Source: Myxococcales bacterium
GTDB taxonomy: Bacteria > Myxococcota_A > UBA9042 > JABWCM01 > BTVJ01
Reading direction: 5' to 3'
Assembly: GCA_045863395.1 (NCBI GenBank)
Contig: BTVJ01000066.1
Location: forward strand, 1-40,133
DNA: 40,133 bases
Position numbers and translations under genes: made by a program. Each line of letters begins with the position of its first letter. The first letter of the stretch is position 1. The notes beneath the pieces are model-generated. The model made no database searches. It was given only the letters and a program-made list of their open reading frames with translations, and had not been told where the DNA came from. Positions 31,301 to 38,982 of the stretch are shown one piece after another.

Positions 31301-33667
31301 GGAGACTGCAACGACCTGGTGCCGACCATCTTCCCTGGCGCTCCGGAGCAGTGCAACACCGTGGACGACGACTGCGACGGCCTCATCGACGAGCAGGATG
31401 CGGTCGGCTGCACCGTCCTGTACTACGACGGCGACAACGACACCTGGGGCAAGACCGCTGACTCCAAGTGCCTCTGCGCGGTGTCGGGCCCGTACAAGAC
31501 CACCAAGCCCGGCGACTGCAACGACGCCTCCGCGGCGGTGCACCCAGCGGCGACAGAGGCCTGCAACGGCATCGACGACAACTGCGACGGGACCGTCGAC
31601 GAAGAGAACGCCACGGCCTGCAAGCAGCACTACCTGGACAAGGACGGGGACAACTACGGCCTGACCGTGAACAAGAAGTGTCTGTGCGTCCCGGCGGGAG
31701 ACTACAAGACGCTGGTGCCGGGAGACTGCGACGACACCAACTCCACGGTCAATCCAGGGGCGACCGAGGCCTGCAACGGCGTGGACGACGACTGCGACGC
31801 ACAGATCGACGAGACGGGTGCCAGCGGCTGCACGGTGTTCTACGAGGACGTGGACAAGGACGGCTACGGCAAGACCGCGATCAAGGCCTGCATGTGCTCG
31901 CCGAGCGGCAATCTGACCACGACCCTGAGCGGTGACTGCGCCGACGCGGATGCCACCGTCTACCCGGGTGCCCAGGAGGCCTGCAACGGCAAGGACGACG
32001 ACTGTGATGGCCTCGTGGACGAGCAGGACGCCCAGGGCTGCTCCAACCACTTCGTGGACGTGGACAAGGACGGCTTCGGCGTCAGCAGCACGCTCAAGTG
32101 CCTGTGCGGCGCGACGGGCGACTACACGTCCACCAAGGGCGGTGACTGCAACGACGCGGACAAGTTCGTCCACCCGGGCGTCACGGAGGTCTGCAACGGC
32201 AAGGACGACGACTGCGACGGCGTGAGCGACAACGAGAACGCCGTCGGGTGCGGGTCCTACTGGGAAGACAAGGACGGCGACGGGTACGGCAAGCCCAACG
32301 TCGCCAAGTGCCTGTGCGGCCCGACGGGCGACTTCTCCTCGGTCAACCCGACGGACTGCAACGACGCCAACGGGTCCATCTACCCGGGCGCCCCCGAGGT
32401 GTGCAACACCCTGGACGACGACTGCGACGGACAGGTGGACGAGCTGGGCGCCATCGGCTGCCTGTCCTACTACAAGGACCTGGACAAGGACGGCTACGGC
32501 ATCACGACGGACACCATCTGCTCCTGCAAGCCGGTGACCCCGTACGACACGCTGCTCAAGAACGACTGCAACGACTCGAACCCGAACATCAACCCGGGCA
32601 AGGGCGAGGCGTGCAACGGCATCGACGACAACTGCGACGGCAACGTCGACGAGCAGAACGCGTCGGGGTGCTCGACCATCTACCTGGACGCGGACAACGA
32701 CACCTACGGCAATCCCTTCCAGAGCAAGTGCCTGTGCGGTCCGTCGGGCAGCTACAAGGCGACCAACGGCTCGGACTGTGACGACACGCGCAACACGGTC
32801 TACCCGGGAGCGCCGGAGAAGTGCAACAGCCTCGACGACGACTGCGACGGCCAGGTGGACGAGGAGGGCGCGCAGGGCTGCGTCACCTACTACCGCGACC
32901 TGGACGGCGATGGGTGGGGCACGAACTCTCCGAGCAAGTGCCTCTGCACGCCGAGCGGCGACTACACCGCGCTGAACAAGCCGGACTGCAACGACGCCAA
33001 CGGCAACATCTACCCGGGTGCTCCCGAGAAGTGCAACGGCTACGACGACAACTGCGACGCGCTCATCGACGAGGGCGCCCCCACGGCGCTGTGCGGCAAC
33101 GTGGCCAACGGCGCGCCCGCCTGCAACGGGAGCTGCTACGTCGCGTCGTGCGCTCAGACCTGGTACAACGTCGACGGGCTCTTCTACAACGGCTGCGAGT
33201 GCAAGCAGGACTCTTATGAGGGCGGCGCCGCGGGCTGCGCCAACGCAGTGAACCTCGGCGACGTCCCGGACAACGGCTCGACCAAGACCTTCTCGGCCAA
33301 CGTCGTTCCGGCCGGCGACGAGGACTGGTTCCGCTTCACGGCCGTCGACAGCGCAGACACGACCTGCGACGCCTTCGACGTGCGGATCCTCTTCCTGTCG
33401 AACCCGAGCAACGCGTTCCGCTTCGACGTCTACCGCGGCGGGTGCGCAAGCGGCAACGTGATCTGCGCGGCGAGCACCGAGCACCGGTGGTACACGGACT
33501 TCTACACGGCCAACCTGGGCGAGTGCCCCTGCGCCACGGCGGCCGAGCCGAACAAGCACGTGTGCACGAACAACGGCGCGGTGTTCTACATCCGCGTCTA
33601 CCGCGTGGGCGGGGCCGCGGTGACCTGCGACAGCTACTCCATCGAGGTCAGCAACGCGAAGTACTGA
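25361..33667 (+). CDS. Giant Cys/Asp-rich repeat lipoprotein (~2770 aa) with MopE-type motifs, thrombospondin type 3-like repeats and 25 tandem 70-aa units
   Basis: AAGGAG RBS before the ATG at 25361; lipobox WAA-C; CNGxDDDCDGxxDE motifs; DNCP..N.DQ.D.D.DG.GDACD TSP3-like repeats; C-terminal DEDWFRF beta-domain. Confidence 0.9.
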   Translation: MRSNNRWVRGVRLMRVMGVCALFGWAACASETTTATNEALDVTGGGSKKDISFGQDLGGTDTAVAVDVPYDPGAPEPGKLGWTCEGSQDCDSGHCIDTPLGKKCSQQCVENCPDGWSCENVAVLPDVLYLCRPWASDLCKECVVPSECGGPNDHCLYVGAAGTFCGLDCQSDMDCPTSYACKQVTTTLDEKVLQCVPTTGSCVCTPDIDGTTRECTRSNSIGTCYGTETCKGDQGWVGCTATTPAFETCNGKDDDCDGQADEGMDPEACEIANGWGKCVGTRSCKGLGGWVCDATTPAAESCNGKDDDCDGLTDEDFGGLGDPCDGDDPDQCQNGTIQCSGDGKTIECVGDENKGELCDGLDNDCDGLIDEDFPTLGTACDGPDSDDCAMGVMVCTADKLAVACTGDVNQVEECDGWDNDCDGATDEGFADFDGDGQADCVDEDDDGDGDLDITDCKPLDPTIFSGLKEECDGIDNDCDGLVDEDFADTDDNGVADCLDDDDDGDGVKDKNDNCPKVHNVDQKDSDDDGQGDACDADDDNDGVEDWEDNCPLIWNQDQKDFDKDGFGDACDDDDDNDGSPDKADCQPLDATIHPGAPEGCDGKDNNCNGLVDEGQPDTDGDGLKDCVDDDDDGDGDPDLSDCAPLDELTYHGAYELCDGKDNNCNGLIDEGYPDVDQNGVADCEDIDDDGDGDPDDLDCAPNNPAIHHGAKELCDGFDNNCNGLIDEGYPDTDGDKIADCLDDDDDNDGLPDFADNCPLAANPGQQDNDKDGMGDACDPDDDNDGDPDTSDCKPLDPTISALAQELCNAKDDDCDGLVDEEGAKGCYAIYLDADQDGYGNPSKVKCLCGDADFYTADVGGDCDDSDPKINPAAIEKCNGFDDNCDGIVDEKSSTGCVNWYYDGDKDGYGVSQNFKCGCGPEGAFSAPKPGDCDDGNPLVNPGLPEKCNGFDDDCDGKVDEEDAGGCTVYYQDFDADGFGTSTPAKCLCAPSGVLSASKSGDCNDGDPNIHPDRPEVCNGKDDNCNSLVDEEGAGGCTVYFRDFDKDTAGVTGDSKCLCVPTGDYSATYDGDCNDTNAAVGPQATEICNNVDDDCNGFIDGQDVVGCEVYYQNVDGDGYGVTGVSKCLCKPDGVYDTKLHGDCNDENKFIHPGALEQCNLVDDNCNGLVDEGAEDECSQFFKDSDGDGFGVLGDAKCQCGPTGKYTAIQAGDCNDESSLIHPNAQEICGNGADDNCNGKQDEEDAFGCDLYYRDFDGDTYGLSASSKCLCAPSGDYKVKKGGDCDDAVPSVNPGANESCNNMDDDCDGAVDEEGAIGCLVRYLDLDGDTWGKTNDSKCLCGVVGGYTATKGGDCNDAAPQVYPGATEACNGVDDDCDGLVDEEAALGCTVMFLDADADGYGQTLKAKCLCTGTGEYTATLGGDCDDTQVGVNPAAKEVCNGKDDDCDGLVDEGAAQGCTNYYKDFDADGYGVTADVKCLCVAEGFHTAILPGDCNDTALTTNPGAPEVCNGFDDDCDGLLDETDAIGCDVFFADMDSDGYGADGSAQCLCKPSATHKSKTAGDCDDTKATIHPAAVEACNGIDDNCNGQVDEGQAGECENWFMDKDKDGFGILSQFKCQCGPIGDYSTQVIGDCDDTKPAVNPGSAEKCNGLDDDCDGIVDEEGATGCMNRYQDKDADGYGKDGTGKCLCAGSGDYTAVLAGDCNDTAAAINPGAKELCNGIDDDCDELLDEEGALGCGTFFYDADGDKYGKPGVTKCLCKATPPYSALQGGDCDDDVGTTNPTATEICNGKDDNCNGLEDELNAVGCLPHYLDNDQDGYGVATSAQCLCAPSGKYSALVTGDCNDADTAMHPGGAELCNGKDDDCDGVIDEEGAVGCSTWYRDFDKDGYGKTGDSLCLCGATGVYTAVWPGDCNDDDGDINPDADELCNAKDDNCNGYVDEGASGGCVSFYFDGDGDGFGVSTDFKCQCGGQGKYTTTKHGDCNDLVPTIFPGAPEQCNTVDDDCDGLIDEQDAVGCTVLYYDGDNDTWGKTADSKCLCAVSGPYKTTKPGDCNDASAAVHPAATEACNGIDDNCDGTVDEENATACKQHYLDKDGDNYGLTVNKKCLCVPAGDYKTLVPGDCDDTNSTVNPGATEACNGVDDDCDAQIDETGASGCTVFYEDVDKDGYGKTAIKACMCSPSGNLTTTLSGDCADADATVYPGAQEACNGKDDDCDGLVDEQDAQGCSNHFVDVDKDGFGVSSTLKCLCGATGDYTSTKGGDCNDADKFVHPGVTEVCNGKDDDCDGVSDNENAVGCGSYWEDKDGDGYGKPNVAKCLCGPTGDFSSVNPTDCNDANGSIYPGAPEVCNTLDDDCDGQVDELGAIGCLSYYKDLDKDGYGITTDTICSCKPVTPYDTLLKNDCNDSNPNINPGKGEACNGIDDNCDGNVDEQNASGCSTIYLDADNDTYGNPFQSKCLCGPSGSYKATNGSDCDDTRNTVYPGAPEKCNSLDDDCDGQVDEEGAQGCVTYYRDLDGDGWGTNSPSKCLCTPSGDYTALNKPDCNDANGNIYPGAPEKCNGYDDNCDALIDEGAPTALCGNVANGAPACNGSCYVASCAQTWYNVDGLFYNGCECKQDSYEGGAAGCANAVNLGDVPDNGSTKTFSANVVPAGDEDWFRFTAVDSADTTCDAFDVRILFLSNPSNAFRFDVYRGGCASGNVICAASTEHRWYTDFYTANLGECPCATAAEPNKHVCTNNGAVFYIRVYRVGGAAVTCDSYSIEVSNAKY
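27770..33022 (+). repeat. Coding tandem repeat, 25 units of 210 bp (one unit 213 bp)
   Basis: Unit consensus xExCNGxDDDCDGxVDExxAxGCxxYYxDxDxDGYGxxxxxKCLCxxxGxYxxxxxGDCxDxxxxxxPGA, counted manually in the translation. Confidence 0.9.
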
Positions 33668-33670
33668 GCC

Positions 33671-34828
33671 TCACCGGGGCGCGAGGCGGTGCTCGAGCGC
33701 CGCCCACACCGCCATCGCCGCGGTGGCGACCGTCGCGGCGAGGGCAAACATGGCGGCGTGTCCCCATGCGTCGGCGAAGGCGCCGAGCAGGGGGGATACG
33801 ACAATCTCAGAGACTCCCCAGAGCGCCGTGAACATGGCGACGCCGCTCCCTCGGTGCGTGGAGGGGACCCGGTCCACCACCTGGGCCACGAGGACGGGGA
33901 AGCAGTACCCGTGGGAGAGGCCCGCCAGGAGCCCGGCCAGCAGCAGGTCGCCCAGGGTCGTCGCGCCAGCCACGAGCACCAGGGCGACGCCATAGGCGAG
34001 CATGGCGGGTGCGACCACGTTTGCCGGGCCGACCCGGTCGGGCAGCCGCGCCCCGAGGAGGCGCACCGACGCGGCGGCGAGCGGGTACCCGAGCCAGAGG
34101 GTCGTGGGTGACGGGATCCCCCGGCGCCCTGCCGCGACCGTCGCGAAGGACATGAAGGTGGCGACCACGCCTGAGAAGATTACGGTGGCGAGCCAGACCG
34201 GGGCGACGGAGGGGGCGCGGAGTGAGCGTAGGACCGCGGCCAGGGTGATTGGCTCCCCCGCCTGCGTCCTTGGGGGCCTGGGGAGCGCGAGCACCAGAGG
34301 CAGAGAGAGCGCGACCAGGCACCCCACGGCCGGCAGGAACCAGCGGAGCTGGGCCGGGTCCACGCCGACCTGCTCCGTCAGGGGGTTGACCAGCAGCGGC
34401 AGGAGCCCGGACACCCCGAACAGGGCGATGCCCTCCGTGCGGCGGCTCGCGGGCACCAGGTCCGCGGCGAACGTGAAGTAGGCCGTGAAGAGCGCGCCCT
34501 GGCCCGCCCCGAAGATCACGCGCTCCGCATAGGCCATGGGGCCGGTAGAGGTCACGGCCGCGACCAGGGCCATCCCGAGTGAGAGAACGGCGGTGCCGAC
34601 GACCAGGGTCGGGCGCCGCCCCACCGTGTCGAGGGCCCACCCGACGGCGGGCCTGGAGAGGAGGCCGCCCACGGCCCCTGCGCCCATGATCGCGCCGATC
34701 TGCGCGTTGCTCGCGCCGAGGTGGTCCAGGTAGAGCGGCAGGAGCAGCATGGACGAGTAGCCAAGCGCCTGCAGGAAGTGGCCCGCGACGAGGAGGGCGA
34801 AGGGGCGCGTCAGGAGTGGGGTGCTCAC
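33671..34828 (-). CDS. MFS transporter
   Basis: About 12 TM segments; motif A GWALDTVGRR and its repeat RLPDRVG; DLVPASRRTEG. Confidence 0.9.
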   Translation of the reverse strand: MSTPLLTRPFALLVAGHFLQALGYSSMLLLPLYLDHLGASNAQIGAIMGAGAVGGLLSRPAVGWALDTVGRRPTLVVGTAVLSLGMALVAAVTSTGPMAYAERVIFGAGQGALFTAYFTFAADLVPASRRTEGIALFGVSGLLPLLVNPLTEQVGVDPAQLRWFLPAVGCLVALSLPLVLALPRPPRTQAGEPITLAAVLRSLRAPSVAPVWLATVIFSGVVATFMSFATVAAGRRGIPSPTTLWLGYPLAAASVRLLGARLPDRVGPANVVAPAMLAYGVALVLVAGATTLGDLLLAGLLAGLSHGYCFPVLVAQVVDRVPSTHRGSGVAMFTALWGVSEIVVSPLLGAFADAWGHAAMFALAATVATAAMAVWAALEHRLAPR

Positions 34829-34897
34829 GGCGGCGCATGGTGCCTGGGGGTGGCGAGGGGCGCAAGGGGGAGGGCGTTGACGGGCCTGTCCGCCGCG

Positions 34898-35611
34898 TCA
34901 GCGGCTCTGGGCCCGGATCTCACTCTCCAGCAGCTTCGCCATGGCCTCCCGCATGGGCCCGGGGACCGTGTGACCGACGCCGGCCCAGGTGCGGAGCTGC
35001 ACGTCCCAGCCCGCCTCGCGCAGCCGCTCCACCACCTCGCGCGTTGGACCGACGGGGTGCACCGTGTCCCCTTGCCCATGGAGCGCCACGATGGGGGGCG
35101 CGCGGGCCGGCGCCCTGCCCTGCGGGACCAGCTCGGGCGGCAGGGTCCCTGCCAAGGGGACGGCGAGCGCGATGAGCGACGGGTGGCGCGTCGCCAGGAC
35201 GAAGCTCAGGACGCCTCCTTGAGAGAACCCGGTCACGATGGTGCGCCCTCGAGATGGGTGCGCGGCCCGCACCTGGGTCACCAGCGCCGCGATGCGCTCG
35301 GCGGAGCTACGGATGGCCTCGGCGCGGGCGGAGTCGGAGGGCTCCACCGCGCGGGTCGGATACCACGACCCGCCTCCCCCATGGGGTTCTGGCGCGCGAG
35401 GAACGATGACCCGCGCCTTGGCGTTGAGGCCCCGAACCAGGCCGGAGAACGCCTCGGGGCGATCGCCAAGGCCGTGGATGGCGACGACGAGCGGGAGAGG
35501 CTCCTCCGCCGCGGCGCCCCCCGTGAGCACCTCCACGTAGTCCAAGGGCGGCTCGGCGCGTGCCCCTGCCGAGCACAGGAGCAGCAGCACGAGGAGGGGG
35601 AGGCGCGCCAT
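34898..35611 (-). CDS. Secreted phospholipase/carboxylesterase (alpha/beta hydrolase)
   Basis: Signal peptide, IHGLGD, nucleophile motif GFSQGG, HGQGD, GVGH. Confidence 0.88.
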   Translation of the reverse strand: MARLPLLVLLLLCSAGARAEPPLDYVEVLTGGAAAEEPLPLVVAIHGLGDRPEAFSGLVRGLNAKARVIVPRAPEPHGGGGSWYPTRAVEPSDSARAEAIRSSAERIAALVTQVRAAHPSRGRTIVTGFSQGGVLSFVLATRHPSLIALAVPLAGTLPPELVPQGRAPARAPPIVALHGQGDTVHPVGPTREVVERLREAGWDVQLRTWAGVGHTVPGPMREAMAKLLESEIRAQSR

Positions 35612-35706
35612 GACCACCAACGTGCCACGGTGGGGCCGCGGAGTCCATGCGGGCGGGTCGGTGACAGCGACGCGGCGATCAGGCGGCTCGCGGAGCCAGT
35701 CGTCCG

Positions 35707-35736
35707 TTGACGCGACATGCAGCCGCGTCATATGGT
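35707..35736 (+). promoter_or_regulatory. sigma70-like promoter for adk with an overlapping inverted repeat
   Basis: TTGACG-18 nt-TATGTT-like element (TATGGT); TGACGCG-N9-CGCGTCA palindrome inside. Confidence 0.5.
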
Positions 35737-35757
35737 CCTTCGCCAGGAGGTAGGACC

Positions 35758-36384
35758 ATGCGGTTGATCCTGGTCGGGGCCCCGGGAGCGGGCAAAGGGA
35801 CGCAAGCGGCGCGGCTGGTCGAGCGGTACGGCGTGTCGCACATCTCGACGGGCGACATGCTGCGCGCAGCGGTCGCCGAGGGGAGCGAGCTCGGGCTCCA
35901 GGCCGACGTCATCATGAAGCGCGGGGATCTGGTCCCCGACGAGCTGGTCATCGGGATGCTCCTGGAGCGCATCGGCCGCCCCGACTGTACCCGCGGCTTC
36001 CTGCTCGATGGCTTCCCGCGCACGCGCCCCCAGGCGGAGGCGCTGGACCGGGCGCTCGCCGAGGTCGGCACGGGGCTGGACGCCGTGGTGCTCATCGACG
36101 TGCCCGACGCCGCCATCGTGAGCCGCATCACCGGGCGCCGGAGCGATCCGGAGACCGGGCGCATCTACCACTTGGAGTTCGATCCGCCCCCAGCAGACGT
36201 GCTGCCGCGCCTCGTCCAGCGCAAGGACGACACGGAGAGTGCCGCCCTGGCGCGCCTGCGCAAGTACCACGCGGAGACAGAGCCCATCATTCCCTTTTAC
36301 GAGGCAAAGGGCCTGCTCCGGCGGGTGGATGGCCTCGGCTCTCCCGCCGAGGTCACGGCGCGGCTGATGGCGGCCCTCGGCTGA
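35758..36384 (+). CDS. adk: Adenylate kinase
   Basis: GAPGAGKGTQ P-loop, HISTGDMLR, GFLLDGFPRT, QRKDD; LID without zinc cysteines; GGAGG RBS. Confidence 0.97.
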   Translation: MRLILVGAPGAGKGTQAARLVERYGVSHISTGDMLRAAVAEGSELGLQADVIMKRGDLVPDELVIGMLLERIGRPDCTRGFLLDGFPRTRPQAEALDRALAEVGTGLDAVVLIDVPDAAIVSRITGRRSDPETGRIYHLEFDPPPADVLPRLVQRKDDTESAALARLRKYHAETEPIIPFYEAKGLLRRVDGLGSPAEVTARLMAALG

Positions 36385-36466
36385 TTCCTGCACCGTGGGG
36401 CAACTCCCCCGTGACCCGCGCCCCTCGCTCCGCTACAATCGCGCTCCTTCTCTGGCGGAGGACGGT

Positions 36467-37516
36467 GTGGCATCCTGGCGCTCCAACCTGACGGTCGCGG
36501 TCGTTTCGGCGCTGACAATCGTAGGGGCCGACGTGGCCCTGCAGCAGGTGATGCCCGTGCCGCCAGCCCTCCTGGAGGTGGAGGACGGCGTGGCGGCGCT
36601 GGAGTCCGGCGATCCAGAGATCCTGCTCATCGGGTCGAGCCACGCCCGCTCCTTCGTCCCCATCCGCGACCGCCTCGCTGCGGCGTCCGGCGGGCGGCGC
36701 CAGATGGCCCTCGTCAGCTTGGAGTTCGGCAAGCTCACCGGCTACGCGTGGGTGCTCGACCACCGGCTGCGGCCCCTCGTCGAGGAGACCCGCGCGGACG
36801 GGACCCTGGTGCGCCCGTCCCTGCGGCGCCTCATCCTGGTCACCGAGTGGTGGGACGGGTGCGCCACGGGTCATGGACTGGCGCTGAACATCCCTGCGCG
36901 GGCGTTCACGCTCTGGCACCTCGTGGCCGACGTGGCGCAGAATGGCCTCAACGGGTGGAACAAGAACTGGGCGGCCTGGCGGTGGGGGCGGCTCTGGCGC
37001 TCGTCGGTCCTCGTCCAGGACAGGGGGGTGCACCGGCTGCGCCACGCTCTTCGCGCGGCGGTGTTCGGAGAGTCACCCGAGGAGCGGCAAGCCGAGTTCG
37101 ACGCGCAGGTGGCCTACTGGCGTGCCATGACCGAGGAGGGAGCGACGGACCCCCTCTGCCGTGACCCCGGCGAGCAGGCGGCGCTGGAGCACATCGTCGA
37201 CTGGGGCCTCGGGCGTGGGTTGGACGTCACGCTGCTCCTGTTCCCCCGCATGCCCGTCACGCTCACCAAGAAGGCCAAGGCCACGACCATCGCCATCTGG
37301 CGCGCCCGCGTGGAGACCCTCGCGCGGGACCGGGGCGTGCGCCTCGTGGACATGAGCACCAGCTCGCCACTGACCGACGCGGACTTCATGTCGGACTTCG
37401 ACCACGTGACGGCCGAGGGCAACGAGAAGCTCGCCGACTGGGCCCTGGAAGGCGACCTCCACTTTCTGCTGGACGCCCCGGGTCCACCACCGGTCGCAGC
37501 GAGGGGGGACCGATGA
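36467..37516 (+). CDS. Membrane-anchored SGNH-hydrolase-like protein (DltD/AlgJ-like acyl-transfer partner)
   Basis: N-terminal TM, LIGSSH block I, C-terminal DFDH; ATGA overlap with the MBOAT gene; GGAGGA RBS and GTGACC-17-TACAAT upstream. Confidence 0.7.
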   Translation: MASWRSNLTVAVVSALTIVGADVALQQVMPVPPALLEVEDGVAALESGDPEILLIGSSHARSFVPIRDRLAAASGGRRQMALVSLEFGKLTGYAWVLDHRLRPLVEETRADGTLVRPSLRRLILVTEWWDGCATGHGLALNIPARAFTLWHLVADVAQNGLNGWNKNWAAWRWGRLWRSSVLVQDRGVHRLRHALRAAVFGESPEERQAEFDAQVAYWRAMTEEGATDPLCRDPGEQAALEHIVDWGLGRGLDVTLLLFPRMPVTLTKKAKATTIAIWRARVETLARDRGVRLVDMSTSSPLTDADFMSDFDHVTAEGNEKLADWALEGDLHFLLDAPGPPPVAARGDR

Positions 37517-38976
37517 GCTTCGGCGACGTGGAGCTCCTGGTGGCCTTCCTGCCCGTGGTCTGGGCCGTCCACTGGCTCCTGCCCCGTCGCGCGGGCGCCC
37601 AGAACGCGTGGCTCCTCGCGGCGAGCTGGCTCTTCTACTTCACCTGGCACCCGCGCCTCGTGCTCCTCTTTGCCGCCAACACGGTGGTCACGTGGGTCGT
37701 GGTGCGGCGGCTGGCGCCAGGCGCACCAGGTCGGAGCCGCGCGTGGCTCATCGCCGGCATCGCGTGGTCCTTCGGGCTGCTCGGCGTGCTCAAGTACGCG
37801 GGGTTCTTCGCCGGGGGCCTCGCCGCCATGCTCGGCGCCGTCGGGCTCTCCGTCTCCGCCCCGACCCTCGAGCTGGTGGTGCCCATCGGCATCTCGTTCT
37901 GGACCCTCCAGGTCGTCGGGGCCATGCTCGACATCTGGTGGGGGCGTGCTGCCGCGCCGTCGGGGTGGCTTCCCTGGGCGACCTTCGTCAGCTTCTTCCC
38001 GCAGCTCATGGCGGGGCCGATTCCCCGCGCCGGGCAGCTCCTCGTGCAGCTCGAGGCACCACGCGCCCTCTCCGCGGACCGCGTGGCGCGCGGGGGCGCC
38101 ACCTTCCTGGGCGGCTTCGTCCTCACGTACCTCGTGGCGGCGACCCTGGGCCCCGGGCTGGTCGACCCGGTGTTCGCCCACCCGCTCCACTACGGCGCCC
38201 TGGCGCACTGGGCGGCCATCCTGGGGTACGCGGGGCAGGTGTTCTCCGACTTTGCCGGATACAGCCTCATGGCCATCGGCTGCGGGCGCCTGCTCTCGCT
38301 GGAGCTGCCCGAGAACTTCCGCCAGCCCTTCCTCGCGAAGAACCTCATGGAGCTCTGGCGGCGCTGGCACATCACGCTCAACCAGTGGCTCTTCGACTTC
38401 CTCTATACGCCAGCCATCACGGGCCGCGGCAGGCTCCGAGGGCGCTACGACCTGGCCTTCCTGCTGGTCTTCGGGTTCAGCGGCCTGTGGCATGGAGCGG
38501 CGCTGACCTTCGTGGTGTGGGGCCTCTTGCACGGGGTCGGCCTGGCGGTCCACCGCCGCTTCGACGAGCACGTGCGCGGGCTCTGTAGGAAGGATCGTGT
38601 CTGGGTCGCGAGGCGCCGCTCCCGCGGCTGGGCGATGTGGTCCTGGGCGCTGACCATGGGCTTCTTCGTGATGACCCTCGTGCCCTTCCGGGCCCAGAGC
38701 CTCGGTGCGGCGGGCACCTTCGCCGCCGGCCTCCTCGGGCTCAACGGCGCAGACGGCATCCACTTCGACACCGCCGTCGCGAAGTTCAACCTCCTCGTCT
38801 GTGTGGGCATCCTGGTGGCGATGCATGCCCTCGCCCTCGGACGCCTGCCCGCGCTCCGCGAGCGGGCCGCCGCCCTCCCCTCCCCGGTCCGCGGCGTCGC
38901 CTGGGGCCTCGTGGTGGTCTATCTGCTGCTCTTCATGCCGGTGGCGAGCGGGACCTTCATCTACGCGCAGTTCTGA
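37513..38976 (+). CDS. MBOAT family O-acyltransferase (AlgI/DltB/PatA-like)
   Basis: LLAASWLFY, LKYAGFF, PIGISFWT, FFPQLMAGPI, DFAGYS, ENFRQP, WRRWHITL, GLWHGA (catalytic His), terminal FIYAQF. Confidence 0.93.
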   Translation: MSFGDVELLVAFLPVVWAVHWLLPRRAGAQNAWLLAASWLFYFTWHPRLVLLFAANTVVTWVVVRRLAPGAPGRSRAWLIAGIAWSFGLLGVLKYAGFFAGGLAAMLGAVGLSVSAPTLELVVPIGISFWTLQVVGAMLDIWWGRAAAPSGWLPWATFVSFFPQLMAGPIPRAGQLLVQLEAPRALSADRVARGGATFLGGFVLTYLVAATLGPGLVDPVFAHPLHYGALAHWAAILGYAGQVFSDFAGYSLMAIGCGRLLSLELPENFRQPFLAKNLMELWRRWHITLNQWLFDFLYTPAITGRGRLRGRYDLAFLLVFGFSGLWHGAALTFVVWGLLHGVGLAVHRRFDEHVRGLCRKDRVWVARRRSRGWAMWSWALTMGFFVMTLVPFRAQSLGAAGTFAAGLLGLNGADGIHFDTAVAKFNLLVCVGILVAMHALALGRLPALRERAAALPSPVRGVAWGLVVVYLLLFMPVASGTFIYAQF

Positions 38977-38982
38977 CGGCAG

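Noticed and set aside
27770..33022. Regularly spaced DNA repeats as a possible CRISPR array or DGR
   Set aside because: Repeats are in-frame, degenerate at synonymous sites and have a 210-bp period; no cas or reverse transcriptase gene is present.
24572..33559. Very long minus-strand ORFs (1833 aa and 1089 aa)
   Set aside because: Antisense shadows of the giant repeat gene and the hsp20 gene; the V/A-rich text mirrors GAC/TGC codons and has no independent motifs.
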